Sequence record: DRR723986_9380
Length of the DNA: 64,000 bases
Reading direction: 5' to 3' (one strand)
Shown here: positions 1-10,800 of the stretch, one piece after another
Layout: each line of letters begins with the position of its first letter
Numbering within the stretch: the stretch's first letter is position 1
Position numbers and translations under genes: made by a program
The notes under the pieces: model-generated
What the model was told of the DNA's origin: nothing
What the model saw: only the letters and a program-made list of their open reading frames with translations
Database searches by the model: none

Positions 1-1
1 T

Positions 2-85
2 ACTGAACAATCTTATGGAAACGGATTATTGTGGGATATTTTACATAGTAACATTATAGTTGACAATTGGTACACTGATATATAA
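2..85 (+). CDS. Possible 3' end of a gene entering from the left edge (…TEQSYGNGLLWDILHSNIIVDNWYTDI*)
   Basis: Frame 2 is open from the window edge to TAA at 83-85. Too short to assign a family. Confidence 0.3.
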   Translation, partial: TEQSYGNGLLWDILHSNIIVDNWYTDI

Positions 86-420
86 AACCAAACAATAGCA
101 ATTGTCCTATAATTTATATTATGTAAAATAATAAATAACACGGGCTGGTGTCCTTCCCTATATGATCAGTAATCGCTAAAAGCTTTAATTCACCATGCTA
201 TAGTGCTGTTGTGGTCCATAAATTATAAAATAATTTATCTATAAGCCTCTACTTTAGACTATGCATTTCATCGATTATGTTACAAAAGCACCAACTGCAG
301 ATCTCAATATATTTGGGATGCAAGATACCTTACCTTACGATTTTATTAAGTCGATGTCTTATAAAACTAATAGCAGTTGTTTATTTATAAAGGACTCTGG
401 CCATGAAAGTATTTTGGCAT

Positions 421-453
421 AAAAAAATCCTAAGCATAACACTTAGGATTTTT
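421..453 (-). terminator. Intrinsic terminator of the 476..1075 gene, possibly bidirectional
   Basis: AAAATCCTAAG-cataaca-CTTAGGATTTT inverted repeat with A/T tracts on both sides. Confidence 0.8.
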
Positions 454-475
454 CAATTTAATTAAAAAAAGTTGA

Positions 476-1075
476 TTATTTAGACGCATTTTGTTCTATG
501 GATAACACAATGTCTCGTTGCGCTACCATGATATTGTTTTCTTCTTTTACTGAAAGTATACGAGTTATATCTCCACGTTTTGAAATCGTTTTTCTACAAG
601 CTCTAGTTAGCATAGGATCATCATCAAAAAGAAATGTTTCAAGTTGATATTCTTGAGTTTCTGGTGCTTTAATGACTGGGTAAATCTCTTGTAACCTATT
701 ATATCTTCTATCATTGCCAGGAACAAATGTGTAAAAGGTATATTTTCCATCTGCATCCGTTTTTACCCAACTTCTATGAAAAACATAGCGTTCATCACCG
801 TTTCGTCGTAAATCAAAATTGCCATCTTCATCGGCATGTTCAATAAATAAAATAACATCTTTAGCAGGTGTTACTCCATCACTAAGAAATATAGTACCTG
901 TAAGCTTAAGCTTATTGGTTTTAGATCTAAAATCTGGTATTGTATCTGTATTAGTTAGCTGAGCATCTACTCTATCGTAGATAGGACTTTTTTCTTCTGA
1001 ATTCTGCTGAGCGATTAAAGGTGTACATGCACTATATATAAAAACAATGTATATAATTTTGAAAAGATTTTTCAT
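476..1075 (-). CDS. Exported intradiol ring-cleavage dioxygenase-fold protein with apparently lost Fe ligands
   Basis: Signal peptide; LTGTIFLSDG..PAKDV, HADEDG and RSWVKTDADGKYTFYTFVPG match the protocatechuate 3,4-dioxygenase-like core. Confidence 0.75.
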   Translation of the reverse strand: MKNLFKIIYIVFIYSACTPLIAQQNSEEKSPIYDRVDAQLTNTDTIPDFRSKTNKLKLTGTIFLSDGVTPAKDVILFIEHADEDGNFDLRRNGDERYVFHRSWVKTDADGKYTFYTFVPGNDRRYNRLQEIYPVIKAPETQEYQLETFLFDDDPMLTRACRKTISKRGDITRILSVKEENNIMVAQRDIVLSIEQNASK

Positions 1076-1542
1076 TAGGTTAAGATTTGTGGTTGACCAA
1101 AAATCACTGATTTATGTCTAACCTTCCATAAATGTTAACTAAACGTACAATATTGACGATGAAAAGACTAAAAATGCCAAAAATGACGATGAAAGACATC
1201 AATATCTTACCCGATTATTATCGATGAACGGTAAATGCCATTATAGAAAAGGAAAAAATAAGCAGTCTACATAAGTAACTTCAATTAAATTTTAAAGTAT
1301 AGTTTTTAAGAACTAAGACACTTTATTTTATTTAGAATATTTTTGAGAAAAAATGAGTTTAATTCTAGATAAAAAACAGAAAAAAATAAAAAATGAGACT
1401 CTTTTTTAAGTAAAATAAACCTCATTTTCCACATGAGTATTTAATCGATATTATATGCGTTTTATCCAGTAATAACGCAGTTTATCGAAGAAATATGCAT
1501 TTAAAGTGTTAAAATTAATATGTAAAAAAAGCTCAAATAAAG

Positions 1543-1572
1543 TTGTTTTTCTCAATTATTTATATAGATTTG
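1543..1572 (+). promoter_or_regulatory. Bacteroidota primary-sigma promoter (-33 TTG, -7 TAGATTTG) for the 1604 gene
   Basis: TTG at 1543-1545, 19-nt spacer, TAGATTTG at 1565-1572 matching TAnnTTTG. Confidence 0.7.
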
Positions 1573-1603
1573 CTTCACTAAGATGAATTAAAAATCGTTT
1601 AAA

Positions 1604-2053
1604 ATGAAAACAAAACTTACTCTATTTGCTGCTATTTTTTTTATGATGATTAGCATTAGTTTTGCCCAGAAAAAAGGAAATACTAAACATATTATTAGTG
1701 GAAAAGTAAATATTTCAAAATATCATAATAACGATGAATTAAATGATATGACTAAAGGTGAATTATTATCACTGTATATAGAACGAATAGAAGTTATTGT
1801 AAATATACTTCCAAATATTGCATTTGCCACTAAACCTGGTGTAACTATGGAGTCCTTAGGAATACCAGAAACAAAAGACAATAAAAAAGCACTCGAAGAG
1901 AATATAGAAGCCTCAGAGAATTATTTTGACAGTACAGTAGAGTTTCAGAAAAAGATTCTACCCTACTCAGATAAATCAGATCTTATTGCTGCCATTTTAT
2001 TTTATGAGTCTACATTGAAAGCATTACATACTTATAACGATTTTAAAGAATGA
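1604..2053 (+). CDS. Secreted hypothetical protein upstream of the spr operon (position resembles the F. johnsoniae rem genes upstream of sprC)
   Basis: 149-aa ORF with Sec signal (…SISFA/Q), own promoter and terminator. The rem correspondence is from recalled synteny only. Confidence 0.7.
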   Translation: MKTKLTLFAAIFFMMISISFAQKKGNTKHIISGKVNISKYHNNDELNDMTKGELLSLYIERIEVIVNILPNIAFATKPGVTMESLGIPETKDNKKALEENIEASENYFDSTVEFQKKILPYSDKSDLIAAILFYESTLKALHTYNDFKE

Positions 2054-2086
2054 TTAGTTAGTTTCATATAATCGCAATTAGTTATT

Positions 2087-2115
2087 AAACCTCGGCAAAT
2101 TTGTCGAGGTTTTTT
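2087..2115 (+). terminator. Intrinsic terminator
   Basis: AAACCTCGGCAA-at-TTGTCGAGGTTT hairpin followed by a T-run. Confidence 0.85.
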
Positions 2116-2251
2116 CGTGAATAGATAGGCTTAAAATTAGTTTCTAGAGCCTTAGCCATTAATTATTAGTGGTTTAAGTTAATAATTATTCAGCTATATA
2201 TGTAGGAAAAATAGCTTATATCTTATTAATAAGTGTATTTCATCGATATTA

Positions 2252-2283
2252 TTTGTGTTTCATAGGTGTTTTTGCTAGATTTG
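2252..2283 (+). promoter_or_regulatory. Primary-sigma promoter (TTTG-N20-TAGATTTG) for 2334 and probably the downstream spr genes
   Basis: TTTG at 2252-2255 and TAGATTTG at 2276-2283, an exact Bacteroidota -33/-7 consensus. Confidence 0.75.
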
Positions 2284-2333
2284 GTTTGTAAATTATTTAC
2301 GCCCTAAATACTAGATAAACGAATTTAACTACT

Positions 2334-3647
2334 ATGAAAAAAATTACTCAAACCGCACTTATCCTACTTTTGTTAATTGGTAATGTATTCGCACAGCAAG
2401 AAAAAGGAATTATCGGTTACAACAACTGGCTTAACTCTTGGACAGATTTTAAACCAAGTAAAGCAGAATATGGAGAACCAACACAAATACTAAGTGGTAA
2501 TATTTCAAAAGACACTAAACTTGAGAAAAGAGATGTCTACTTATTACTAGGTGATGTCTATGTAACTAATGGTGCTACTTTAACTATTGAAGCAGGTACT
2601 GTAATTAAAGGTGATTTTAAGTCAAAGGGATCTTTAATTATTAGTAAAGGATCTAAAATTATTGCAGAAGGTACGCAAACCGACCCTATTGTTTTTACAT
2701 CTAGTCGATCTAGCAAGAAACCTGCTGATTGGGGAGGAATTTTTATTTTAGGTGATGCACCTATTAACACTTTTGGTAATGTTGCGTCGTTAAATTATGG
2801 CTTAAACCCATCTACTACCGATAATATTAGTTACGGTGGTGAGAATATCGCATATAACGCTGGTGTTCTAAAATACATCAGAATTGAATTTGCAGGAAAA
2901 AGAACCAAAGGATACGGTTATTATAGTGCCTTAACATTAGCCGGAATTGGAAATGAAACAATAATAGAAAATGTTATGGCTAGTTATTGTGAAGGTCATT
3001 CATTTAATGTATTAGGTGGTGATGTTAATTTACAAAAATTGGTATCATTTAGATCGAGCAGAAATGACTATAACTTCAATAATGGTGTGCGTTGTCATTT
3101 AGTTAATTCATTAGCCGTAAGATCACCATATGTCTCTAGTGCAGATGGTTCTAGAACATTATCTATTAATTCTTATGATGAGAAAGATAATGCAGATACT
3201 TCAAGAAATTACACCAATGTTACAGCTGAAAATTTAACCTTAGTAAATATCAGTAACGATCTTGAAGCAGATATTCAAGTTGGTCTTGTACAAGAGGCTA
3301 TTTATGTTGGTCCTGATGTGTCATTTTCTATAGATAAGAGTGTGATTTCTGGTTTTAACCCTGCTGTAATATTAGATAGCAGAATCAAAATAGATAATGA
3401 TAATCTTAGTAAAATTAAGTTTACAAGAACCTATTTTAATAACTGCAACGGAAATATATTTAGAAAAGGATATACCAATAATGATGACTTAGAGAGTTGG
3501 TATGGTAGTAGAGCATTTAACAATGTGTATTCTAAAGGACCAGACTCTGAAACATTCATTGATTCTCAAAATGGTAGACGTCCAGACTTCAGACTTAGAA
3601 TTAATAAGATCATTGCTTCTAATGATTATACAGATGATGACGATTAA
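2334..3647 (+). CDS. Secreted parallel beta-helix-type protein associated with the gliding operon
   Basis: Signal peptide; VTNGATLTIEAGTVI, GSKIIAEGTQTDPIVFTS, DWGGIFILG and GVLKYIRIEFAG are typical of this Bacteroidota beta-helix family. Confidence 0.75.
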   Translation: MKKITQTALILLLLIGNVFAQQEKGIIGYNNWLNSWTDFKPSKAEYGEPTQILSGNISKDTKLEKRDVYLLLGDVYVTNGATLTIEAGTVIKGDFKSKGSLIISKGSKIIAEGTQTDPIVFTSSRSSKKPADWGGIFILGDAPINTFGNVASLNYGLNPSTTDNISYGGENIAYNAGVLKYIRIEFAGKRTKGYGYYSALTLAGIGNETIIENVMASYCEGHSFNVLGGDVNLQKLVSFRSSRNDYNFNNGVRCHLVNSLAVRSPYVSSADGSRTLSINSYDEKDNADTSRNYTNVTAENLTLVNISNDLEADIQVGLVQEAIYVGPDVSFSIDKSVISGFNPAVILDSRIKIDNDNLSKIKFTRTYFNNCNGNIFRKGYTNNDDLESWYGSRAFNNVYSKGPDSETFIDSQNGRRPDFRLRINKIIASNDYTDDDD

Positions 3648-3786
3648 AATCATCTTTCTATAAAATCTAATAAAATAAAAAGCCTCCATTAATATCTATT
3701 AAGTATAGTCTAGATACTTATGACATAGACAAAGTAGACACTTTAAATAAAATAGCTTACAGGATACATAACTACAATTCAACAAA

Positions 3787-5250
3787 ATGCTAAAAACAAC
3801 TAATGCAAATCAACTTATTATTGGACTTTTCTTAATTGTTCTTTCTTTTCAAGAGCAAGTGAGTGCGCAATTAGTTATAGGATCACCAAACCTAGGTTTT
3901 AGTCAGGCTTGCGCAAGTGAATCATTTAACAATTATAGTACAACATTTGTATTCTCACCAGAGACAGCTCTTAATGCATCTAACCAATTTATTATTGAAA
4001 TGTCTGATGCTGAAGGAGATTTTTCAGAAGCTGTTGTGGTATATACGTCAAATGCTGGCGAAGTTACAGTATCGCCAGCAACTTTAGAGTTTTCGATTCC
4101 CGAAACTACTGCAGGTGAAAATTATAGAATACGTATAAAAAGTACAGCTCCAGTAGCAACTAGTTCTGGTTCAGCAAGTTTTGCAGCATATTATAAAATA
4201 CAAGATTCACCTTTTACAATTAATAATTTAGTATCTACAGGTGCGTATTGTACAGGAGGAAGTTATTTACTAACTATTGATAATCCTGGAACAGGAACAA
4301 ATGATTCACCACTACTCTACCCTAGTTTAACATTTAACTGGTTCAGAGAAACGAGTCAAACAACTTCAGAATTTATTGCTGTAGGGCCAACACTTACCGT
4401 TAGTGAAGAAGGCACCTATTTTGTGGAAACAAATTATGGTACTTGTACTTCTAATTCATTTTCTAATAGAGTTACAATTAGTGAAGCCTCATCAGGTGAG
4501 GCCGACGCCACAATAGCGTCCAGTTTGGGAAATCCCTATTGCCCTGAACAAGGATTAACAACCTTAAGTACCATAGGCGGATTAAGTTATCAATGGTTTA
4601 AAGATGGCATCGCAATTGAAGACGCAACAAATCAAATGTACCAAACTAATGAGTCTTGTACTTTTTCAGTTCAGGTAGACTTAGGAGAATGTTCAGCCTC
4701 TGGATCAATTGATCTTGTAAGTGAACTATTTGAAAGTGAAATTAATGTAGATGATATAAATTATCTCGAAGAAGGTGAATCGTTAACAATTATTGCAACA
4801 ACAAACGCCATTAGTCCAGAATTTGAATGGTTTTATAACGGTTCTCTTATAGTTGGAGAATCACAAGACTCTTTTGAAGCTAGTCAATTTGGAGATTACA
4901 AACTGGTGATAAGCGAAACTTCTGGTTGTACAGTATCTAAGGAGTATCAATTTACTATTGAAGAGGCATTAGATCCTTTTCCTGATGTAGCTAAAATACC
5001 TAATGTAATTAGTCCAAATGGAGATATGATTAATGATACATGGGTATTGCCACAACCATATGTGAGTGGCACTGGAACTGAAGTAATAATTATGACCAAT
5101 CGTGGTGAGATTGTATTAAAGACGGACGATTATCAAAATAATTGGCCTCAGGACGATTTAAATCTTACAACAATTAATCAGGTGTATTACTACATTATCA
5201 CAACACCAAATAATAAGACTAAAAAGGGTTCCATAACCATAGTGAAATAA
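3787..5250 (+). CDS. sprC: SprC-like gliding motility protein with Ig-like repeats and type B T9SS C-terminal domain
   Basis: Signal peptide; YQWFKDG Ig-like repeats; C-terminal IPNVISPNGDMINDTW…YYYII…KKGSITIVK; first gene of a C-D-B-F arrangement. Confidence 0.8.
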   Translation: MLKTTNANQLIIGLFLIVLSFQEQVSAQLVIGSPNLGFSQACASESFNNYSTTFVFSPETALNASNQFIIEMSDAEGDFSEAVVVYTSNAGEVTVSPATLEFSIPETTAGENYRIRIKSTAPVATSSGSASFAAYYKIQDSPFTINNLVSTGAYCTGGSYLLTIDNPGTGTNDSPLLYPSLTFNWFRETSQTTSEFIAVGPTLTVSEEGTYFVETNYGTCTSNSFSNRVTISEASSGEADATIASSLGNPYCPEQGLTTLSTIGGLSYQWFKDGIAIEDATNQMYQTNESCTFSVQVDLGECSASGSIDLVSELFESEINVDDINYLEEGESLTIIATTNAISPEFEWFYNGSLIVGESQDSFEASQFGDYKLVISETSGCTVSKEYQFTIEEALDPFPDVAKIPNVISPNGDMINDTWVLPQPYVSGTGTEVIIMTNRGEIVLKTDDYQNNWPQDDLNLTTINQVYYYIITTPNNKTKKGSITIVK

Positions 5251-5251
5251 C

Positions 5252-7762
5252 ATGAGAGTATTCGCAGTGATCATATTCGCTTTTATCTGTTCTCTACAGA
5301 CTATCACATCTCAAGAAGATGATGGCTTGGTATCACTTAGCTTACCTGTAAGAAACTCTTTAACATTTAACCGTTATGCTCTTAATCCAACATTTAGTTT
5401 TGTAAGAGAGCAATCTAAATTTATAAGTGTTTATAACAAGAGAGAATGGGTGCAATTTGATGACGCACCACTCACCTATTTAGTAAGTTACTCTGGTCGG
5501 TTTGGTGAAAATATTGGAGCTGGTTTAGGATTATTGCAGCAAAATTATGGTGTATTAACAACATTTGGTGGAATATTAAATTTCGCTTACAATGCACAGA
5601 TAGGTAGAGATACTAATTTAACGTTCGGTCTAAATGTTGGAGCATATAAAAGTGGCATCAACACGTCTAATGTTGTAACAAATTTTGAAGACCCTTCATT
5701 ACAGAATGTCCCTGAAAACTTTTTATTGACTATAAATCCTGGAATCAATTTTGGTACAGAATTTTTTGATTTCGGTGTATCTGTAAATAACCTGGTAGTC
5801 TATAATTTTGAGTCTTCTGAAATGATTCAGGATAATCCTGAGCAAGGAATACAAGCACATGTTATGTATACAGGCTATATGGATAGTAGAGGTTTCTTTG
5901 ATGAAAGCAAGTTTTCTGGTCTGGTTCGTTCAGAATTCAGAAAAGATGAAACCATTATTGCTGCTATTGCAATGGTTACAGTGCCAAAAGGAATTTGGGC
6001 GCAGATAGGCTATAATACAGTATTTGGTGCTTCTGGAGGATTAGGTATTAACCTTACAACACAAATAGCCTTAGAATACAATTTTGAAACTGCCATGGGA
6101 GACTTAAGCGAGTTTGGTCCTTCCCATGAAATTACACTTGCCTATAGATTCAAAAACAAAAACAACTACAACTATGGTAATGACGATGAAATAGCAGGTA
6201 TATTATCTGGTAATAACAAGAAAAGACGTTATGTACGAGCTAAAAAGCCAAAAACTAGTAACAAGAAGACTATAGAATTAGATGAAGCTAAAGCAAAAGC
6301 AAAAGAAGAAGCTTTAAGATTAGCCGAAATGCAAAAACAAAAGGCAGAAGCTAAACGATTAGCAGAAAGGCAAGCAAAAGAAAAAGCGGATGCAGAAGCA
6401 GAAGCAGAAGCAGAAGCAGAAGCTAAAGCTATACAAGATCAAAAGGCTAAAGAAGCTGCTGAAACGAAGCGTTTGGAAGAGCAAAGAATTAAGGAACAAG
6501 AAGAACAACGAGCAAAAGAAATTGCGGAAACAAGAGCGAAACTATTAGAACAACAAAAGGCAAAGGAACAAGCAGAAGCTAAAGCTAAACAAATAGAAGA
6601 ACAAAAAGCTGCTGAAGAAGCTAAGAAGCAAGCAGAATTAAAAGCAGCAGAACAAGCCAAAATATTAGCAGAAAAAAGAGCTAAAGAAAAGGCAGAGCAA
6701 GAAGCAAAAGCTTTAGAATTATTAAAGGAAAAACAAGAAGCAGAACGTTTGGCAAAGTTAAATGCAGAGAAAGAAGCAGAACGATTGGCTGAGGAACAAG
6801 CAAGACAAGAGGCTGCTGAAAGAGCAAAACAACTTGAAGAACAAAAGGCTGCATTAGAAGCTGCTAAAAAGGCTCAGGAAGAACTAATCACTAATCCAAA
6901 AGATGAAATTGGTAAATCTTTATTAGCCACTTCAAAACAAGCAGAAGAATCTAAAAAGACTCAGAATGACTTATTAAATAGATTTGACGAAATAGTCTCA
7001 ATTAAGGAAAAGGACCTTAAAGATTTAAAAGAAGAAAACGATTTAAGTGACCAAGGTATTGTGGTACAACCTAGACCATTTAAAAGTGTTACTGAAGAAA
7101 ATAATAGACTTAGAGTTATTCAATCAGAGCTTGAAGCTACTATAGAGACAAGAACGCAAAAGCTTGATGAATTAAAACTATTATTTAAAGAAAGTGAGAA
7201 AACTAATTCTGATACTGTAAATAGTCATTATAGACAAGCTATCGACAAATTAGAAGCAGAGCAATTAAAAGCAAAACAAATAAAAGTACAATTAGAATCT
7301 AAGCTAGAGTCCATTAGAGTGGCCACTGAATTTGAAAAACGTAGACGAATCAAACGTGCTGCTTTTGATAACGAAGAAGATAGATATGCACAGGATAGAG
7401 CTATGCTTCAAAATATCAGACGTACAACTCAGACTAGTGATATTCCTCCAAAAGAAGAAGATTTTGATTTTGGTGAGGAACTAGGAGATAACATTAAGAT
7501 TCTTAAAAATATAAACAATGTAGAAAGTGGTTATTACCTTATAATTGCCGTTCATTATGATATTAAAATGCGAAATGACTTTGTTAAGAAAGTTGTAGAG
7601 TCTGGACGCAAGGATATTGATTTTTTCTATGATGTAAGTACGAGTAAGTATTATATATACTATAACAAATTTGATTTTATAGAACAAGCCAATGAGGCCA
7701 TAAAAACTAAAGGAAATAGACCTTATAACGGGAAGATGTCTATTGTAAAAATTGAAAATTAA
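5252..7762 (+). CDS. sprD: SprD-like protein: PorP/SprF-family beta-barrel, long E/A/K/Q coiled coil and SPOR-like C-terminus
   Basis: FNRYALNPTF, REWVQFDDAP and GPSHEITLAYRF barrel motifs; coiled coil at ~aa 340-720; 1 nt after sprC. Confidence 0.8.
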   Translation: MRVFAVIIFAFICSLQTITSQEDDGLVSLSLPVRNSLTFNRYALNPTFSFVREQSKFISVYNKREWVQFDDAPLTYLVSYSGRFGENIGAGLGLLQQNYGVLTTFGGILNFAYNAQIGRDTNLTFGLNVGAYKSGINTSNVVTNFEDPSLQNVPENFLLTINPGINFGTEFFDFGVSVNNLVVYNFESSEMIQDNPEQGIQAHVMYTGYMDSRGFFDESKFSGLVRSEFRKDETIIAAIAMVTVPKGIWAQIGYNTVFGASGGLGINLTTQIALEYNFETAMGDLSEFGPSHEITLAYRFKNKNNYNYGNDDEIAGILSGNNKKRRYVRAKKPKTSNKKTIELDEAKAKAKEEALRLAEMQKQKAEAKRLAERQAKEKADAEAEAEAEAEAKAIQDQKAKEAAETKRLEEQRIKEQEEQRAKEIAETRAKLLEQQKAKEQAEAKAKQIEEQKAAEEAKKQAELKAAEQAKILAEKRAKEKAEQEAKALELLKEKQEAERLAKLNAEKEAERLAEEQARQEAAERAKQLEEQKAALEAAKKAQEELITNPKDEIGKSLLATSKQAEESKKTQNDLLNRFDEIVSIKEKDLKDLKEENDLSDQGIVVQPRPFKSVTEENNRLRVIQSELEATIETRTQKLDELKLLFKESEKTNSDTVNSHYRQAIDKLEAEQLKAKQIKVQLESKLESIRVATEFEKRRRIKRAAFDNEEDRYAQDRAMLQNIRRTTQTSDIPPKEEDFDFGEELGDNIKILKNINNVESGYYLIIAVHYDIKMRNDFVKKVVESGRKDIDFFYDVSTSKYYIYYNKFDFIEQANEAIKTKGNRPYNGKMSIVKIEN
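6392..6423 (+). repeat. (GCAGAA)5 in-frame tandem repeat encoding AEAEAEAEAEA
   Basis: Perfect hexamer repeat inside the sprD coiled coil. Confidence 0.9.
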
Positions 7763-7830
7763 TAAAAGTTAAGCGCACTTCACCTTCTAAATCGCCCTTA
7801 ATAGAAAATGAAGAAATAAAAATAAGTATC

Positions 7831-10800
7831 ATGAAAAGACCTACTTTTTCAAGCATAGTCATAGCGATTACAATGATGTTCTATGGGGTGAACATTTTTG
7901 CACAAAATTATGAGCCATTTACACCTAGATTTAATCAAGATTTAAAAGGTGATATTGTGCTTATTGGAAACAATATCCTTGGCCCAGACAATAATGCTTT
8001 TAACGATAATTCGGTGTATAATCACAATGTTAATATGCAATACATTGATATTGATGGTGACGCATCTACCTTTAGTTCATCTAGTGCAGACTTAGAGATT
8101 CCAAACCCTAATTGTTATAGAATCATTTATGCAGGTTTATATTGGGGAGCTGTAAATCCTGGCGATGAACCAATTACTGATGTTAAATTTAAAGGTCCAG
8201 TAGGTGGTTACAATGATATACAAGGAACAATTATTTATGACGCAAATGGAACCACTGTAGATGGTGGTGATAGTTTTTCTTACGCCTGCTTTGCGGATGT
8301 AACAGATATAGTTACAAGTTTTGGTCCTGGAGTGGATTTAGGCACCTATACTGTAGGTAACGTTTCTTCAGATGTTGGAGAAACATCAACATTTAATCCT
8401 TATAATGGCACAGGACAGTCAGCTGGGTGGTCATTGTTTATTGTATATGAAGACCCTACCCTTCCAGGGAAATCCATTACAAGTTTTGATGGATTTAGTG
8501 CTATTAGTGTCCCTGGAAATAATGAAACCTTAGATATACCTGTAGATGGATTTAGAACTATTCCTGCGCCAGCACCAGTAAGAGCAAATTTTGCTTTTGC
8601 TACGCTTGAAGGTGATAGTCCCATATTAGGTGATAGATTACGATTAAATGGTGTGAGTCTATCTACAGCAGACCGACCAGAAACTAACTTCTTTAATAGT
8701 TCAGTTACACAATTAGATGCTACACCTGTAAATAATAGAGTTCCAAATAGTACAAATACTTTAGGGTTTGATACTGGTGTAATCGCAATTCCAAATCCAG
8801 GAAATTCAGTAATAGCCAATGATGCTACTTCTGGTGTTATAAGATTAGAAACCAGTGGCGATACCTATTTTCCTTACTTCTTTGCTTTTGCAGTAGAAAT
8901 TATTGAGCCAAATATTGTGCTAACTAAGATTGTTGAAGATGATGCTGGTAATGACATCGGCGGACAAACTGTAACTCTAGGTTCTCAACTAAATTATGTT
9001 ATAGGTTTTCAGAATACAGGAAACGACAATGCAACAAATTTTCAAATAAGAGATATTCTTCCAATTAACATCATCTATAATCATCCGACAGATTTAGTGT
9101 TACCTCCAGGTGTAACAGTAGCAAGTTACGATCCTATTACAAGAGAATTAGTTTTTGATATAGATAATTCACTCGTTGAAGAAAATGATCCTGTTTATGA
9201 AATTCGTATTGAAGTGCAGGTTGTTGATAATTGTAACCAATTAGCAGATGCATGTGCTAATATTATTACTAATCAGGCTTATGCTACATATAACGGATTT
9301 TTTAACCCATCGTTTCAGATTACTGATAATCCAAGTTTAAACAGTAATACAGGATGTTTATTCACTCCACAAGCTACTAATTTCCTAACCGATTTAGATT
9401 GTGAATTTACTACGGACATTGTCCTTTGTGGTGACAGTGTAGAGTTAACAGCTGCAGATGGTTATGATTCTTATACGTGGTCTACAAGTCCTTCTGGTAC
9501 ACCTGTGATTGGGAATACACAAACTATTACAGTAACCTCAACAGGAACTTATTATTCATTTAATAATGCTATTGCTCCTTGTCAATCTATAGAACAGGTG
9601 TTTGAAGTGGAATTATTTGGTGGGGATATACAAAACCCAGTTATTCCTTATGCAGATGAAGTCGTTACTTGTCCAAATGACGGTAAGTTATTACCTCTCA
9701 TATTCTTATGCGGTACAAATGATACAAGATTAATTGAAACAAATATTTCTGATTCTACATCAATTATATGGGAGCAGTTAGATGAATCTAGTTGTGCTGC
9801 GGTTATTGATGAAGACTGTGCCAATGAAGATCCTTCTTGCATTTGGAATGAAGTTGCAAATGGACCAAATTTTTTAGCTAATACTTCGGGTCAGTTTAGA
9901 TTAACAATTAATTATCCAGGTGGATGTTTTAATCAGTTTTATTTTAATGTTTATCAAAACTTGCTGAGCCCTACTGTAGAAGCAACTGATATTATTTGTA
10001 CTACTAACGGAAGTATTACAGTTAATGATGTACCGAATGGTTACGAATATAGTTTGGATAATATCAATTTTCAGGCAAGTAATGTATTTTCAGTAAATAC
10101 ACCAGGTACATATACTATCTATGTTAGACAAATTGGAGTGCCTACAAATCCATGTGTATTTACAATACCAGAAGTGTTAATAAGGGATAGAGATTTTACA
10201 GTTACAAATACGGTAACCCAACCATTGTGTTTTGGTGATAAAGGAAATATTCAATTAGCAGCAAATGATGTCGATCCACAATATTCATTTTACTTGTACG
10301 AAGGAGCTACATTAGTTAATAGTGTAGGTCCAATATTAGAAAACACGCATTCATTTGATAATTTAAATCCTGGTTCATATACGGTTACTGTAGAAACTGA
10401 AAATGGATGTACTTATACAGAAGATGTATCCATAGTAGAACCACCTTTACTTACTGTTAGTGCTGCAGTTACAGTGCCATTAACTTGTACTGATGGTGAG
10501 ATTACTGTATATCCTGAAGGAGGGACACCACCTTACTTCTATTTTATAAATAGTGCAACAGATTTTCAGTCTGTACCAGAAATTGTAGTAACGTCAGTAG
10601 GAGTATATGATATTACTGTTGTTGACTCAAATAATTGTAGTGCGAATACAACAATTTCAATAGATGCAATACCTCAGCCAGAATTTAATGTAACTACTAC
10701 GGATATTTTATGTGGTGGTACAGGTGATACAGGTACAATATCCATTAATGTTACTAATGCAAATGGTAACTCGATTGAATTTAGTATCGATGGTGGTACT

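Noticed and set aside
86-420. Possible ncRNA or ECF-driven minus-strand unit (TGTAAC-N18-AGTCTA at 284-255, then MDHNSTIAW*)
   Set aside because: Spacer is long, the ORF stops after 9 codons, and no convincing structure or terminator was found.
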